Below are positions 37,922-47,329 of a stretch of DNA of 55,478 nucleotides, one piece after another; position 1 is the stretch's first letter; each line of letters begins with the position of its first letter. The stretch is from Actinomycetes bacterium. GTDB taxonomy: Bacteria; Actinomycetota; Actinomycetes; S36-B12. The notes beneath the pieces were generated by a model. It was not told where the DNA came from and did no database searches. It saw only the letters and a program-made list of their open reading frames with translations. The position numbers and the translations under genes are program-made. The stretch lies in NCBI GenBank assembly GCA_037137855.1, contig JBAXJN010000002.1, positions 1-55,478 on the forward strand, in the 5' to 3' direction.

Positions 37922-38068
37922 ATGGGTTTGATCACTACCGCCGTTGCACTTGCAAACGAGGCTCCGGTAGATAACCCTCAGATTTCCGCCTACGCCTTCG
38001 GCCTGTTCACCTTCGCAGCACTTGGACTCCTCCTGGTGATCACGATGATGATCAAGGTCGGCCGCTAA
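37922..38068 (+). CDS. Small hydrophobic protein, 48 aa (below the ORF-track length threshold)
   Basis: The ATG at 37922 is preceded by AAGGAAGGA at good spacing. The product is MGLITTAVALANEAPVDNPQISAYAFGLFTFAALGLLLVITMMIKVGR. It has one clear TM helix (FGLFTFAALGLLLVITMMI) and a basic C-terminus. The TAA stop lies 5 nt before the nadD start. Confidence 0.55.
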   Translation: MGLITTAVALANEAPVDNPQISAYAFGLFTFAALGLLLVITMMIKVGR

Positions 38069-38073
38069 CCCTC

Positions 38074-38694
38074 GTGAAATCCTGGCGCCTTGGCGTCTTT
38101 GGTGGAACCTTCGATCCAATCCACTCCGGCCACCTGATCGCAGCGGCATCGGTTCGTAAGGCCCTTGAACTTGATCTCGTCATTTTTGTTCCCACTGGCA
38201 ATTCTTGGCACAAGCTTCCAGGACCACTGGCGCCAGCAATGGATCGCCTAGCCATGGTTGATCGCGCTCTTGCAGACTACGAAGGTTTTATTTCGTCATC
38301 CGTTGATATTGATCGACATGGCCCCACCTACACAATCGATACTTTGACTGATCTGCAAGCACATTGGCATGGCGAAAATATTGATGACGAAGCCACCTGG
38401 TTTCTCATCACCGGCGCTGATGCGCTCGCAGATTTTCCTACCTGGAAAGAGCCGGAAGAAATCTTGAAGCGTGCTCAAGTAGTGGGGGTTACTCGGCCCG
38501 GGTTTTTGGCGGCTCCTGGACCCCTTCTCACAGGTCATTCCATCGTGATCGAAGCATCGACGCCTGACATTGCTTCAAGCGATATTCGACTACGTATTCG
38601 AGAGGGACGTTCTATCGAAGGTCTTTTACCAACAGTGGTAGCCGGCTACATCCAAACGCATGCTTTATACCGCGAAACCCCAGTAGGCCTGTAA
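38074..38694 (+). CDS. nadD: Nicotinate-nucleotide adenylyltransferase
   Basis: 206 aa with a GTG start. It carries the (H/T)xGH nucleotidyltransferase motif in LGVFGGTFDPIHSGHL and a C-terminal ISSSDIR-like motif (IASSDIRLRI). Confidence 0.9.
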   Translation: MKSWRLGVFGGTFDPIHSGHLIAAASVRKALELDLVIFVPTGNSWHKLPGPLAPAMDRLAMVDRALADYEGFISSSVDIDRHGPTYTIDTLTDLQAHWHGENIDDEATWFLITGADALADFPTWKEPEEILKRAQVVGVTRPGFLAAPGPLLTGHSIVIEASTPDIASSDIRLRIREGRSIEGLLPTVVAGYIQTHALYRETPVGL

Positions 38695-39761
38695 TGCCAC
38701 CAGAGCATTCACATTCTCGGCGCTGGATCGTCATACTCATCGTGGTTGCGGTTGTTGCAACCGGAGCAGTCATTTCAGCCTTTCTTGGCGATGCTGGGCT
38801 GCCCGCAGGGCGGGCATCATCCGCGCCTACGCCAGGAGTATCTGCTTCGACACCATTAACGAAACCTGCGGTTAAGTCACAGCGCACATTGCTATTACAG
38901 ATTCGAGATGACAGCCGACGCGTCGTCTATTCAGCGCTATTCGCTACAAGTTACGCATCGGTAAGCGGTGTCAGGATGCCAATACCAACGAATCTCTTGG
39001 TACCCATCCCCGAATGGACTGCGTTGGCTTTAACCGGAGATGCAGCAGACACCCTGCAGAGTCAGCATGCCCTTGAAGAACTCTTGGGTGTAGACATCGA
39101 TATGTCTCTAGTGCTGGATCGTTTGGCACTCTCTGGCTTATATGACGCGGCGTTAACCCCAACGGCTGCGAAGCAAGCCAAGGCATCAACCGATATTGAT
39201 CAGTGGGTATTTAAGTCGCTCATCAACTTGCCTGCAGCCCCGCCAGATACCGGGCAACTCCTCTTAAGTCTTGGTCACATGGCGCGCTCGAGTGCTCCTA
39301 ATGCGGAGTTGGTCGACTTGCTTCTAGATCTACGCAAGGACGCTCGAGCCAAGGAAATCGTCGCAGTGACACTGCCGACGCGGTTTGTCCGTGCAGGTGG
39401 CGCGGCAATGGTGATCCCAGGAGCTAGTGAAGTTGTGTTGCGCAAGAATTTTGCCCTGACTCTGCTGACTCCAGGTCAAGCCACTCGACCAAGAGTCGTG
39501 CTCACGCCAGCTGGGGCAACTGCCGCTCAGGTAGCCGAAGCGACCGCAGCGCTTATCGATGCCGGCATGACTGTCGTACCGGGTACTCCGATTGCTCGTC
39601 GAACATATTCAATTGTTCAGACCCCTGAATCTTCGATAAGTCTTGGAATCGGGCGAAAAGTTACGACTGCGCTCGGGCTGTCTCCTCAGGATATTCGCGA
39701 AGCCAAGAGCTCGCGCGTTGATGCTGAAGTTCTCTTGGGTTTGGGCCCTTTAACACTGTGA
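38694..39761 (+). CDS. Membrane-anchored protein with a degenerate LCP-like region and a C-terminal LytR_C-like domain
   Basis: 355 aa. Its ATG overlaps the nadD stop (TAATG). It has an N-terminal TM helix (WIVILIVVAVVATGAVISAF). The middle region (LLLQIRDDS..VRMPIPTNLLVPIP..LEELLGVDIDMSLVLD) loosely resembles LytR-CpsA-Psr domains. The C-terminus (PRVVLTPAGATAAQVAEATAALIDAGMTVVPGT) is LytR_C-like. The assignment is by eye. Confidence 0.5.
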   Translation: MPPEHSHSRRWIVILIVVAVVATGAVISAFLGDAGLPAGRASSAPTPGVSASTPLTKPAVKSQRTLLLQIRDDSRRVVYSALFATSYASVSGVRMPIPTNLLVPIPEWTALALTGDAADTLQSQHALEELLGVDIDMSLVLDRLALSGLYDAALTPTAAKQAKASTDIDQWVFKSLINLPAAPPDTGQLLLSLGHMARSSAPNAELVDLLLDLRKDARAKEIVAVTLPTRFVRAGGAAMVIPGASEVVLRKNFALTLLTPGQATRPRVVLTPAGATAAQVAEATAALIDAGMTVVPGTPIARRTYSIVQTPESSISLGIGRKVTTALGLSPQDIREAKSSRVDAEVLLGLGPLTL

Positions 39762-39810
39762 GAGGCTTGGACCCATACATCCGGGTATCCGGACCTAGAA
39801 GAGGATCACC

Positions 39811-40206
39811 TTGAGCGCGACTGAAGCAGCCAAGAATTTGGCGATTGAAGCAGCATTAGCTGCCTCCGACAAACTGGCGACAGAAATTATTGCCATCGAT
39901 GTCAGTGAAGCGATCGCAATCACTGAGGTCTTCTTGATGGCCACGGGCGCCAATGAGCCACAGGTCAAGGCCATAGTTGACGCAGTTGAAGAACGTCTAC
40001 GCAAGATTGGCGAGAAGCCATTACGCCGCGAGGGCGAACAACAAGCCCGCTGGGTCTTGTTGGATTACGGCGACATTGTTGTGCATGTACAGGTCGCCGA
40101 AGAACGCATTCACTACGCAATTGAGCGCCTCTGGAAAGACTGCCCACTTATTGAGCTTCCCGCAGAAGTACACCTGCCACGCGAGGTGCAAGGAGTGCCT
40201 GAGTGA
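39811..40206 (+). CDS. rsfS: Ribosome silencing factor RsfS
   Basis: 131 aa with a TTG start preceded by GAAGAGGA. It contains IIAIDVSEAIAITEVFLMATGANEPQVKAIVDAVEE and WVLLDYGDIVVHVQVAEERIHYAIERLW. Confidence 0.9.
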   Translation: MSATEAAKNLAIEAALAASDKLATEIIAIDVSEAIAITEVFLMATGANEPQVKAIVDAVEERLRKIGEKPLRREGEQQARWVLLDYGDIVVHVQVAEERIHYAIERLWKDCPLIELPAEVHLPREVQGVPE

Positions 40207-40835
40207 ACCAACCACGTCGAGTGGTGTTTTGGCGGCATGGTCGAACAGATTGGAATGCTTCTTCGCGGTTTCAAGGTCAGTCCGATTCCATGTTAGATGA
40301 GACTGGAATTAAGCAAGCAGCCGCTGCTGCATTGCAACTTGCAAAGCTTAAACCGGCATACATCTTGTCTTCGGATTTGCAGCGCGCCCATCACACCGCG
40401 ATGCCGCTTGCTGATGCGCTTGGCCTAGAAGTAGTTCTCGACGAAGGGCTGCGTGAAACCTTTGTCGGCGTATGGCAGGGGATGTTTCGCGCTGATATTG
40501 AGCGCGAACATACACAAGATTTACAAGAGTGGATTGCCGGAACAAATATTCGGCCAGGGCTCCATGGTGAAACACGAACTGAAGTCGCAGCTCGCGTCAG
40601 TGCAGCAGTTAATCGAGGGCTGGCTCACATTGGTCCAGGTCAGACACTGGTATGTGTGACCCACGGAGCTGCGGCAATGTCGGGTATCGCAGCACTGCTT
40701 GATCTGCCACTAGAGAAGTGGCCAATCTTCTCTGTCATGCCTAACTGCGCTTGGTCAATTGCAGTTGAAACGCAGACACCCACGGGCCCCGCTTGGCGAT
40801 TGCAGGAATACAACACTCGCGTTGCCGAACTATGA
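40203..40835 (+). CDS. Histidine phosphatase family protein (phosphoglycerate mutase-like)
   Basis: 210 aa. Its GTG overlaps the rsfS stop (GTGA). It has the RHG catalytic motif in VVFWRHGRTDWN and a second His in LVCVTHGAA. Confidence 0.85.
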   Translation: MNQPRRVVFWRHGRTDWNASSRFQGQSDSMLDETGIKQAAAAALQLAKLKPAYILSSDLQRAHHTAMPLADALGLEVVLDEGLRETFVGVWQGMFRADIEREHTQDLQEWIAGTNIRPGLHGETRTEVAARVSAAVNRGLAHIGPGQTLVCVTHGAAAMSGIAALLDLPLEKWPIFSVMPNCAWSIAVETQTPTGPAWRLQEYNTRVAEL

Positions 40836-40928
40836 GCGTGAAGAAAGGATAATGAGCAGGGGTGAAATTCTCACCCTCACTGCGCCAGATATGATTCTGG
40901 TTCCCGAGTTGGCAAATAGTTGTCTCTA

Positions 40929-41001
40929 GGGGCTGTGGCGCAGCTGGTAGCGCACCTGCATGGCATGCAGGGGGTCAGGGGTTCGAGTCCCCTCAGCTCC
41001 A
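40929..41001 (+). tRNA. tRNA-Ala (anticodon GGC)
   Basis: It folds as ggggctg-tg-gcgc-agctggta-gcgc-a-cctgc-atggcat-gcagg-gggtc-agggg-ttcgagt-cccct-cagctcc-a. The G3:U70 alanine identity pair is present and CCA is not encoded. Confidence 0.9.
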
Positions 41002-41011
41002 CTAAATCTGG

Positions 41012-42442
41012 TTATTGAACAACACGGTATTGCTCCAAAGTGGCATCGGTTGCGTAAGCAATTCGTACTCCCGCAGCTTTCGAAGTCGATAACCCAGTAA
41101 TAATCGCTTCAGTAAGCACTTCACCGGGCGCTACGACCGCCACTCCGGGTGGATACGGGGCAATGAGGTCCGCTGATATCCGACCAACGGCATCTGCCCA
41201 CGGCACCATTGCAGTTGGAGCGAAATAAGCCTCGCGCATAGAGATCGCGATCTTTGGAACAACCGACCAACTCAGCGCTGTTGCGCTTTGCCGCGGTTGT
41301 GATTCGACTGCCTTCAGAATCGGGATGAGTGCGTTGGCCAGTACTTCAAAGTCATGTGGCGTGTCAGCGAGCGTGGCAAGGAAAACGAGAGTGTCACGGT
41401 CAGCCATCTCCACGCGGATTCCTCGCGTGATCAATGCTTGTTCGATTTCAACTCCTGAAGCACCAAGTTGATTTGCCCGTAAGACTATTTTCACCGGATC
41501 AAATCTTCCTGCTGGAAAATCTGATGGGTTAAGAAATATCGTCTGCGAAAATTCGCGCTGCACCTGCGATTTGAAGAAATTTACCTGTTCGATGAGACTG
41601 CTCAGAAGTTCTTCACCTCGAGAAACAAGGAGCGCACGGCAACCATCTATTGAAGCAAGGGGAGCGCCGGCAGGAGACGTAGTGTGAGTGGTCTCAAAAC
41701 TTTGTTCGAGTCGATCGATATTAAGAAACTGCGTTCGAGCTATAAGCAAGGCAGATGCGCTATACCCAGGCAGAGTCTTGTGCATACTCGTGATGAGAGC
41801 GTCGGCTCCCAACTGCATGGCATGTTCTGGAAGTTCTGGATGAAAACCAAAATGCCCACCCCATGCTGCATCCAAGATCACCGGAATGCCGAATTCGTGA
41901 GCTCGCGCGATCAGCGGAGGTAAGTCAGAAATCGTTCCAAGGTAGCCGGGCTCAGTAAGCAATAGTGCTATTGGATTGGAGGCAAGAGTTTTTTCGAATT
42001 CAGATAACGAAATACCAATAGGCACTCCGGTTGTCTCGTCGATCTCAGGCATCATCCAGATTGGTTCAAGACCGGCAAGCACGAGAGCGCTGAGAACCGA
42101 GCGATGGGCCGTACGACTCACAGCGACGCGATCGCCCGGGCGCCCAAGAGCGAAGATCACTGCTTGGTTGGCGTGGGTGGAGCCACCTGTTGAGAATCGT
42201 GCCCAGTCGCCTTGCCAGGCTTTTGCCGCGAGTTCCTCAGCCTTGCGTAAGACCTGATGAGTGAGCTTGATTTCATCGAGTCCGCCATAGAGCGGCGTAT
42301 CGATATCAACCACCTGACCAAGACCAAGATCAAGGCGCCCAGCCTGCTGTTTATGCCCAGGAATCGTGAAAGGTGTGTGTTGAGTCTCAAAATAAGAGAG
42401 ATACGCATCGAGCAGGGGCGCACTGTCACGCAATTCACTCAC
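41012..42442 (-). CDS. PLP-dependent Orn/Lys/Arg decarboxylase family protein
   Basis: It has the fold-type I decarboxylase pattern FTIPGHKQ near the N-terminus and the PLP-lysine motif ITSMHKTLPG. The longest ORF reaches GTG 42499, which abuts the gabT ATG at 42500 with no intergenic base. I therefore tentatively prefer in-frame GTG 42442 (VSELRDSAPLLDAY). The start is uncertain. Confidence 0.78.
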   Translation of the reverse strand: MSELRDSAPLLDAYLSYFETQHTPFTIPGHKQQAGRLDLGLGQVVDIDTPLYGGLDEIKLTHQVLRKAEELAAKAWQGDWARFSTGGSTHANQAVIFALGRPGDRVAVSRTAHRSVLSALVLAGLEPIWMMPEIDETTGVPIGISLSEFEKTLASNPIALLLTEPGYLGTISDLPPLIARAHEFGIPVILDAAWGGHFGFHPELPEHAMQLGADALITSMHKTLPGYSASALLIARTQFLNIDRLEQSFETTHTTSPAGAPLASIDGCRALLVSRGEELLSSLIEQVNFFKSQVQREFSQTIFLNPSDFPAGRFDPVKIVLRANQLGASGVEIEQALITRGIRVEMADRDTLVFLATLADTPHDFEVLANALIPILKAVESQPRQSATALSWSVVPKIAISMREAYFAPTAMVPWADAVGRISADLIAPYPPGVAVVAPGEVLTEAIITGLSTSKAAGVRIAYATDATLEQYRVVQ

Positions 42443-42499
42443 ATTGGAAGGATAACGGCCTGGCGCGAGCAGTTTCGCGCAAGCCTTACACTTTTTCAC

Positions 42500-43843
42500 A
42501 TGACGGTTGAGACTTCCCTAGTCCAAGAGCGCCGATTGGTGACTCCCATCCCCGGACCAAAATCTGTGGAAGCGCTTAAACGTCGGGCCGCGGCTACCTC
42601 AGCAGGCTTAGGAATTGCTATTCCGGTTGTCATCGAGCGTGCGCACGATGCAATCCTGCAAGATATCGATGGCAACTGCATCATCGATCTTGGTTCAGGT
42701 ATTGGTGTTACTAATGTTGGTAACACGAACTCCCGAGTTGTGGCTCGAGTTATTGAGCAAGTGCAAGCACTCACTCATACCTGTTTTACTGTGGCCCCAT
42801 ACATGGGCTACATCGAAGTATGCGAAGCGCTTAATGCGATCACGCCAGGTGATCACCCCAAGAAGTCTTTATTAGTCAACTCTGGTGCTGAGGCCGTTGA
42901 GAACGCAATCAAGATCGCTCGTCATTACACCAAACGCCCAGCAATCATTGTCTTTGAGCATGCCTACCACGGACGCACAAATCTCACGATGGCGTTAACT
43001 GCGAAAAACCTCCCATACAAAGAAGGTTTCGGCCCGTTCGCAAATGAGATTTATCGCATGCCACTTCCTTACTCCTACCGCTGGTCAGGCAGCCTTGACA
43101 CCATCACCCAAGATTCGCTCGACGAAATCACCTCGAAAATCGAAAAGGAAATCGGTGCTCATAATGTTGCGGCAATTCTGATCGAACCGATTCTTGGTGA
43201 AGGTGGTTTCATAGTCCCGCCCAAAGGCTTCATGCCAGGGCTGGCTGACTATGCAAAAGAAAACGGGATTGTCTTCATTGCTGATGAAGTGCAATCCGGT
43301 TTCGCCCGTACTGGAGATCTCTTCGCAGTGAACGAGGAAGGGATAGTTCCGGATCTCATGACTTTGGCTAAGGGCATCGCCGGAGGATTACCCCTTGCTG
43401 CAGTAACAGGGCGATCCGAAATCATGGACTCGGTGCATGCTGGCGGTTTGGGCGGAACTTATGGTGGCAACCCCGTGGCATGCGCGGCAGCTCTTGGCGC
43501 GATCGAGAGCATTGAGCAAGACCATCTGATGGAACGTGCCATTCATATCGGTCAGATATTGAAAGAATCGCTGACAGCATTGGCTGCTCGTTACCCAGTC
43601 ATCGGCGAGGTTCGCGGGCGCGGCGCGATGCAGGCCATCGAACTGGTCTATCCCGGCACCAAAGAGCCAAATGTCGAGGCAGTGAACGCGGTAGTGAAGT
43701 ACTGCCAGAGTCAGGGCGTGTTGATTCTGACGGCTGGCACCTACAACAACGTGATTCGCTTCCTCCCACCGCTTGTGATTACCGATGCTCTACTCCTGGA
43801 CGCACTTCAGGTTCTAGAGCAGGGCTTTGCATCCCTGGCTTAG
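42500..43843 (+). CDS. gabT: 4-aminobutyrate--2-oxoglutarate transaminase-like class III aminotransferase
   Basis: The sequence starts MTVETSLVQERRLVTPIPGPKS and contains LVNSGAEAVENAIKIAR, IADEVQSGFARTG and the PLP-Lys in MTLAKGIAGGLPL. The start is re-called from track position 42257, which runs antisense through the decarboxylase N-terminus. Confidence 0.88.
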   Translation: MTVETSLVQERRLVTPIPGPKSVEALKRRAAATSAGLGIAIPVVIERAHDAILQDIDGNCIIDLGSGIGVTNVGNTNSRVVARVIEQVQALTHTCFTVAPYMGYIEVCEALNAITPGDHPKKSLLVNSGAEAVENAIKIARHYTKRPAIIVFEHAYHGRTNLTMALTAKNLPYKEGFGPFANEIYRMPLPYSYRWSGSLDTITQDSLDEITSKIEKEIGAHNVAAILIEPILGEGGFIVPPKGFMPGLADYAKENGIVFIADEVQSGFARTGDLFAVNEEGIVPDLMTLAKGIAGGLPLAAVTGRSEIMDSVHAGGLGGTYGGNPVACAAALGAIESIEQDHLMERAIHIGQILKESLTALAARYPVIGEVRGRGAMQAIELVYPGTKEPNVEAVNAVVKYCQSQGVLILTAGTYNNVIRFLPPLVITDALLLDALQVLEQGFASLA

Positions 43844-43982
43844 CTCTGAACCAACTAGCCCACGCGCAAGGCCCCGACAGTGTTGAACCCAGCTTTCATG
43901 CTGAAGATGTTTAGGGGATCGGCTCGCACTCGGGCATTGTGTCGCTCGATAGGCTGAAGCCCTTGATCTGGGAAAGGAAATC

Positions 43983-46451
43983 GTGAGCGAGTCCGCAATT
44001 GAGTCTGGTTTTTATGACTTCGAGGCGATCCAGGAGCGTTGGCTCCCGGTGTGGGACCAGATTGCTCCGTTCCGTTCCGGTAGCGCTGACGATCCGCGGC
44101 CCAAGAAGTACGTCTTGGACATGTTCCCGTACCCATCTGGCGATCTCCACATGGGCCACGCCGAGGCCTACGCCTTAGGTGATGTTGTTGCCCGTTACTG
44201 GGTACAACAAGGATTCAATGTGATGCACCCAATTGGTTGGGATGCATTCGGTTTACCAGCAGAAAATGCAGCGATCAAGCGGTCCTCTGATCCGATTGAA
44301 TGGACCTACGAAAACATTGAGCAACAAAAAGTGTCGATGCGACGCTACGCATGTTCATTTGACTGGGATCGGGTCTTCAACACTTGCGATCCTGAGTATT
44401 ACAAGTGGACCCAGTGGTTCTTCCTCCAGATGTACGAACGTGGTTTGGCTTACCGCAAGGACAGCGCTGTTAACTGGTGCCCAACTTGTCAGACGGTGTT
44501 GGCAAACGAGCAGGTAGTCGGTGGACTTTGTGAACGTTGTGATTCTGTAGTCACCAAGAAAAAGTTGAACCAGTGGTACCTGCGAATCACCGATTACGCA
44601 GACCGATTGCTCGATGACATGAAACAACTCGAAGGCAACTGGCCAGAAAAAGTGCTGCTGATGCAGCGCAACTGGATCGGAAAATCAACTGGTGCTGAGG
44701 TGCTCTTCGAAGTCGAAGGGCGCGACGAGCCTGTCACGGTCTATACAACACGTCCTGACACATTGTTTGGGGCAACCTTCTTCGTGGTTGCTGTCGATTC
44801 AGAACTTGCAGCTGATCTGGCCGCTGGAACTACGGCCGAGTCGGCCTTCACCTCATATCTTGCTGAAGTGCGTAAAAGCACTGACATGGAGCGGTTGGAT
44901 TCAAGTCGGTCAAAGACCGGTGTGTTCCTAGAGCGTTATGCGATTAACCCTGTCAATGGTGAACGTATTCCTATCTGGGCTTCGGATTACGTACTTGCCG
45001 ATTACGGCACGGGCGCAATCATGGCTGTTCCAGCACACGATCAACGTGACCTTGACTTTGCCAAGACCTTCGACTTGCCCATTCGGGTTGTGGTTGCTTC
45101 CGATGAGGATCCCGCAGTCACAGGTGTTGCCACAGCTGATGATGGCCTGCACGTGAATTCAGGACCATTGGATGGTCTTGGAAAAGAAGACGCGATCGCA
45201 GCAATGATTGAGGTTCTGGCCGCACGCAATACCGGTAAAGAAGCGGTGAATTATCGTTTGCGCGATTGGCTTATTTCACGTCAGCGTTATTGGGGCGCGC
45301 CTATCCCGATCATTCATTGCCCTGCTTGCGGTGAAGTTCCGGTGCCGCTTGATGAGCTTCCCGTGCGGCTGCCATCTGCTGAAGGCTTAGACCTCAAGCC
45401 CAAGGGTTCTTCGCCGCTTGGTGCAGCAACTGAATGGTCGCATGTGCCTTGTCCGAAATGTGCTGGTCCAGCTGTACGCGACACCGACACGATGGACACA
45501 TTCGTCGACTCATCTTGGTACTACCTGCGCTACCTCGATCCAACAAATGACACAGCAGCATTTGATCCAGAGCTAGCGCGTCAGTGGCTTCCAGTTGATC
45601 AATACGTTGGTGGCGTTACGCACGCAATCTTGCATCTGCTCTATAGCCGATTCTTTACCAAGGTGCTGTTCGACATGGGTCTCGTGGATTTCACTGAGCC
45701 ATTTACGCGATTGTTAAATCAAGGCATGGTTGTCATGGATGGCTCAGCAATGAGCAAAAGCCGCGGTAACTTAGTGCGGCTTTCCGATGAACTCAATGAG
45801 CATGGTGTTGATGCAATTCGGTTGACCATGGTGTTCGCCGGACCACCCGAAGATGATGTTGACTGGTCTGACGTGTCACCAGGAGGATCCAAGAAATTCT
45901 TGGCTCGCGCTTGGCGGCTGTCAGGTGATGTGACTAGCCCTGTAGGTATCGACTTTGCTACGGGTGATCTCGCGCTTCGCAAGATCACTCATAAAGCTAT
46001 CCATGATGCGTCACAAGCAGTGGAATCATTTAGGTTCAACGTCGCAATTGCTCGCGCGATGGAACTTGTGAACGCGACCCGAAAAGCCATCGATACTGGC
46101 CCGGGTGCGGCAGACCCTGCTGTTCGAGAGGCTACGCAAGCCGTTGCAGTGATGCTTTCACTTGTTGCTCCATACACCGCCGAAGACATGTGGATGCGTC
46201 TTGGATATGAGCCTTCCGTTGCACTCGCAGGTTGGCCAACTCTTGATCCGGCACTGCTCGTCGAGGATTCAGTGATTTGCGTCGTACAGATCTCAGGCAA
46301 GGTCAGGGAGCGCCTTGAGGTGTCTCCTGATATCAGTGAGGCGGATCTGCGTGAGCTGGCTCTGGCAGCGGTTGCTGACTCGATTGCCGGTAAAGAGTTG
46401 CGCACAGTTATTGTTCGGGCACCAAAGCTCGTCAATATTGTTCTTGCCTAA
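43983..46451 (+). CDS. leuS: Leucine--tRNA ligase
   Basis: 822 aa with a GTG start preceded by GGAAAGGAA. It has HIGH ([15 protein letters not shown]), a CP1 editing domain and KMSKS (AMSKSRGN). Confidence 0.97.
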   Translation: MSESAIESGFYDFEAIQERWLPVWDQIAPFRSGSADDPRPKKYVLDMFPYPSGDLHMGHAEAYALGDVVARYWVQQGFNVMHPIGWDAFGLPAENAAIKRSSDPIEWTYENIEQQKVSMRRYACSFDWDRVFNTCDPEYYKWTQWFFLQMYERGLAYRKDSAVNWCPTCQTVLANEQVVGGLCERCDSVVTKKKLNQWYLRITDYADRLLDDMKQLEGNWPEKVLLMQRNWIGKSTGAEVLFEVEGRDEPVTVYTTRPDTLFGATFFVVAVDSELAADLAAGTTAESAFTSYLAEVRKSTDMERLDSSRSKTGVFLERYAINPVNGERIPIWASDYVLADYGTGAIMAVPAHDQRDLDFAKTFDLPIRVVVASDEDPAVTGVATADDGLHVNSGPLDGLGKEDAIAAMIEVLAARNTGKEAVNYRLRDWLISRQRYWGAPIPIIHCPACGEVPVPLDELPVRLPSAEGLDLKPKGSSPLGAATEWSHVPCPKCAGPAVRDTDTMDTFVDSSWYYLRYLDPTNDTAAFDPELARQWLPVDQYVGGVTHAILHLLYSRFFTKVLFDMGLVDFTEPFTRLLNQGMVVMDGSAMSKSRGNLVRLSDELNEHGVDAIRLTMVFAGPPEDDVDWSDVSPGGSKKFLARAWRLSGDVTSPVGIDFATGDLALRKITHKAIHDASQAVESFRFNVAIARAMELVNATRKAIDTGPGAADPAVREATQAVAVMLSLVAPYTAEDMWMRLGYEPSVALAGWPTLDPALLVEDSVICVVQISGKVRERLEVSPDISEADLRELALAAVADSIAGKELRTVIVRAPKLVNIVLA

Positions 46452-46540
46452 GTGATCCACAGGCAGACTCTTATCGGATCCAGTCCACAGTCTTGAATTT
46501 TGAGTCTTCACTGAGCAGGAGACGTACCTAGTTTTTGTAG

Positions 46541-47329
46541 GTGACTTCTACACACCTCACCAGGCTTGCGCAATTGGCTCAGCAATGGCGTCCGGTTGCA
46601 CCTGATCCCGAAATCGAGTTCACCCCGGGGCCAGAGCCCATGGCGCTTCCATTAATGCTGCCACTGGTGCTGCCCGAAAGCGCGACATCGCGACAGCGGA
46701 TGCCAGCGATGGATACTCGCTCCTGGCGGCTGCTCATTGCCTTTGCTGCCGTAGCTCTTCTCGTCATTGGCTGGCTGTGGGTGCAAGGTCGACCGCAGTC
46801 AGTTCAGTCAGTGAGTGACACCACTGCCGCAGGGTCATCTATTCCTGGTTCGCCAGCATCTCTTTCGCCGTCGTCAACCTCGTCACCTTTGACTGGCGAG
46901 GTCGTGGTGCATGTAGCCGGAGATGTGCGAAAGCCGGGGCTGCAGCACTTGCCTGTCGGATCGCGGGTAGCCGATGCCATTCACGCTGCGGGAGGGGTCT
47001 CGAATTCAAAGGCCGAAAATTCAGTAAACCTAGCCCGGGTTCTCATCGATGGTGAGCAGATCATGGTGGGAGTCGGGCCTCAACAGGCAAGCAGCGACCA
47101 GCAGTACAGCAGCGCACAGGGAAGCGGGTCACCCATCGGCAAGGTGAGCGTCAATTCAGCAAGTCAGCAACAGTTGGAGACCCTTCCTGGGGTGGGCCCC
47201 TCCCTTGCTCAACGAATTCTTGAATATCGCATTGCTAACGGAGCCTTTCACAGCATCGACGAACTTGATGAAGTTTCTGGAATAGGTCCAGCCACACTTG
47301 CTCGACTGCGTCCGCTGATTCAACTGTGA
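46541..47329 (+). CDS. comEA: ComEA family DNA-binding protein
   Basis: 262 aa. It has a TM anchor, an SLBB-like region (VVVHVAGDVRKPGLQHLPVGSRVADAIHAAGG) and a C-terminal tandem helix-hairpin-helix (LETLPGVGPSLAQRILEYR...VSGIGPATLARL). Confidence 0.85.
   Translation: MTSTHLTRLAQLAQQWRPVAPDPEIEFTPGPEPMALPLMLPLVLPESATSRQRMPAMDTRSWRLLIAFAAVALLVIGWLWVQGRPQSVQSVSDTTAAGSSIPGSPASLSPSSTSSPLTGEVVVHVAGDVRKPGLQHLPVGSRVADAIHAAGGVSNSKAENSVNLARVLIDGEQIMVGVGPQQASSDQQYSSAQGSGSPIGKVSVNSASQQQLETLPGVGPSLAQRILEYRIANGAFHSIDELDEVSGIGPATLARLRPLIQL

Noticed and set aside
40852-40929. 25-codon ORF (MSRGEILTLTAPDMILVPELANSCL) with an AAAGGA RBS between the phosphatase gene and tRNA-Ala
   Set aside because: Its stop codon overlaps the first base of the tRNA, the peptide has no distinguishing features, and the same sequence contains a gggtga/tcaccc hairpin that explains the local structure. 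It would only be worth revisiting if Ribo-seq data exist.
43844-43982. Possible T-box or other leader upstream of leuS (and similarly of valS)
   Set aside because: I could not recognise a specifier-loop or T-box consensus, or a terminator/antiterminator pair. The spacer is short and ends in a normal GGAAAGGAA RBS.
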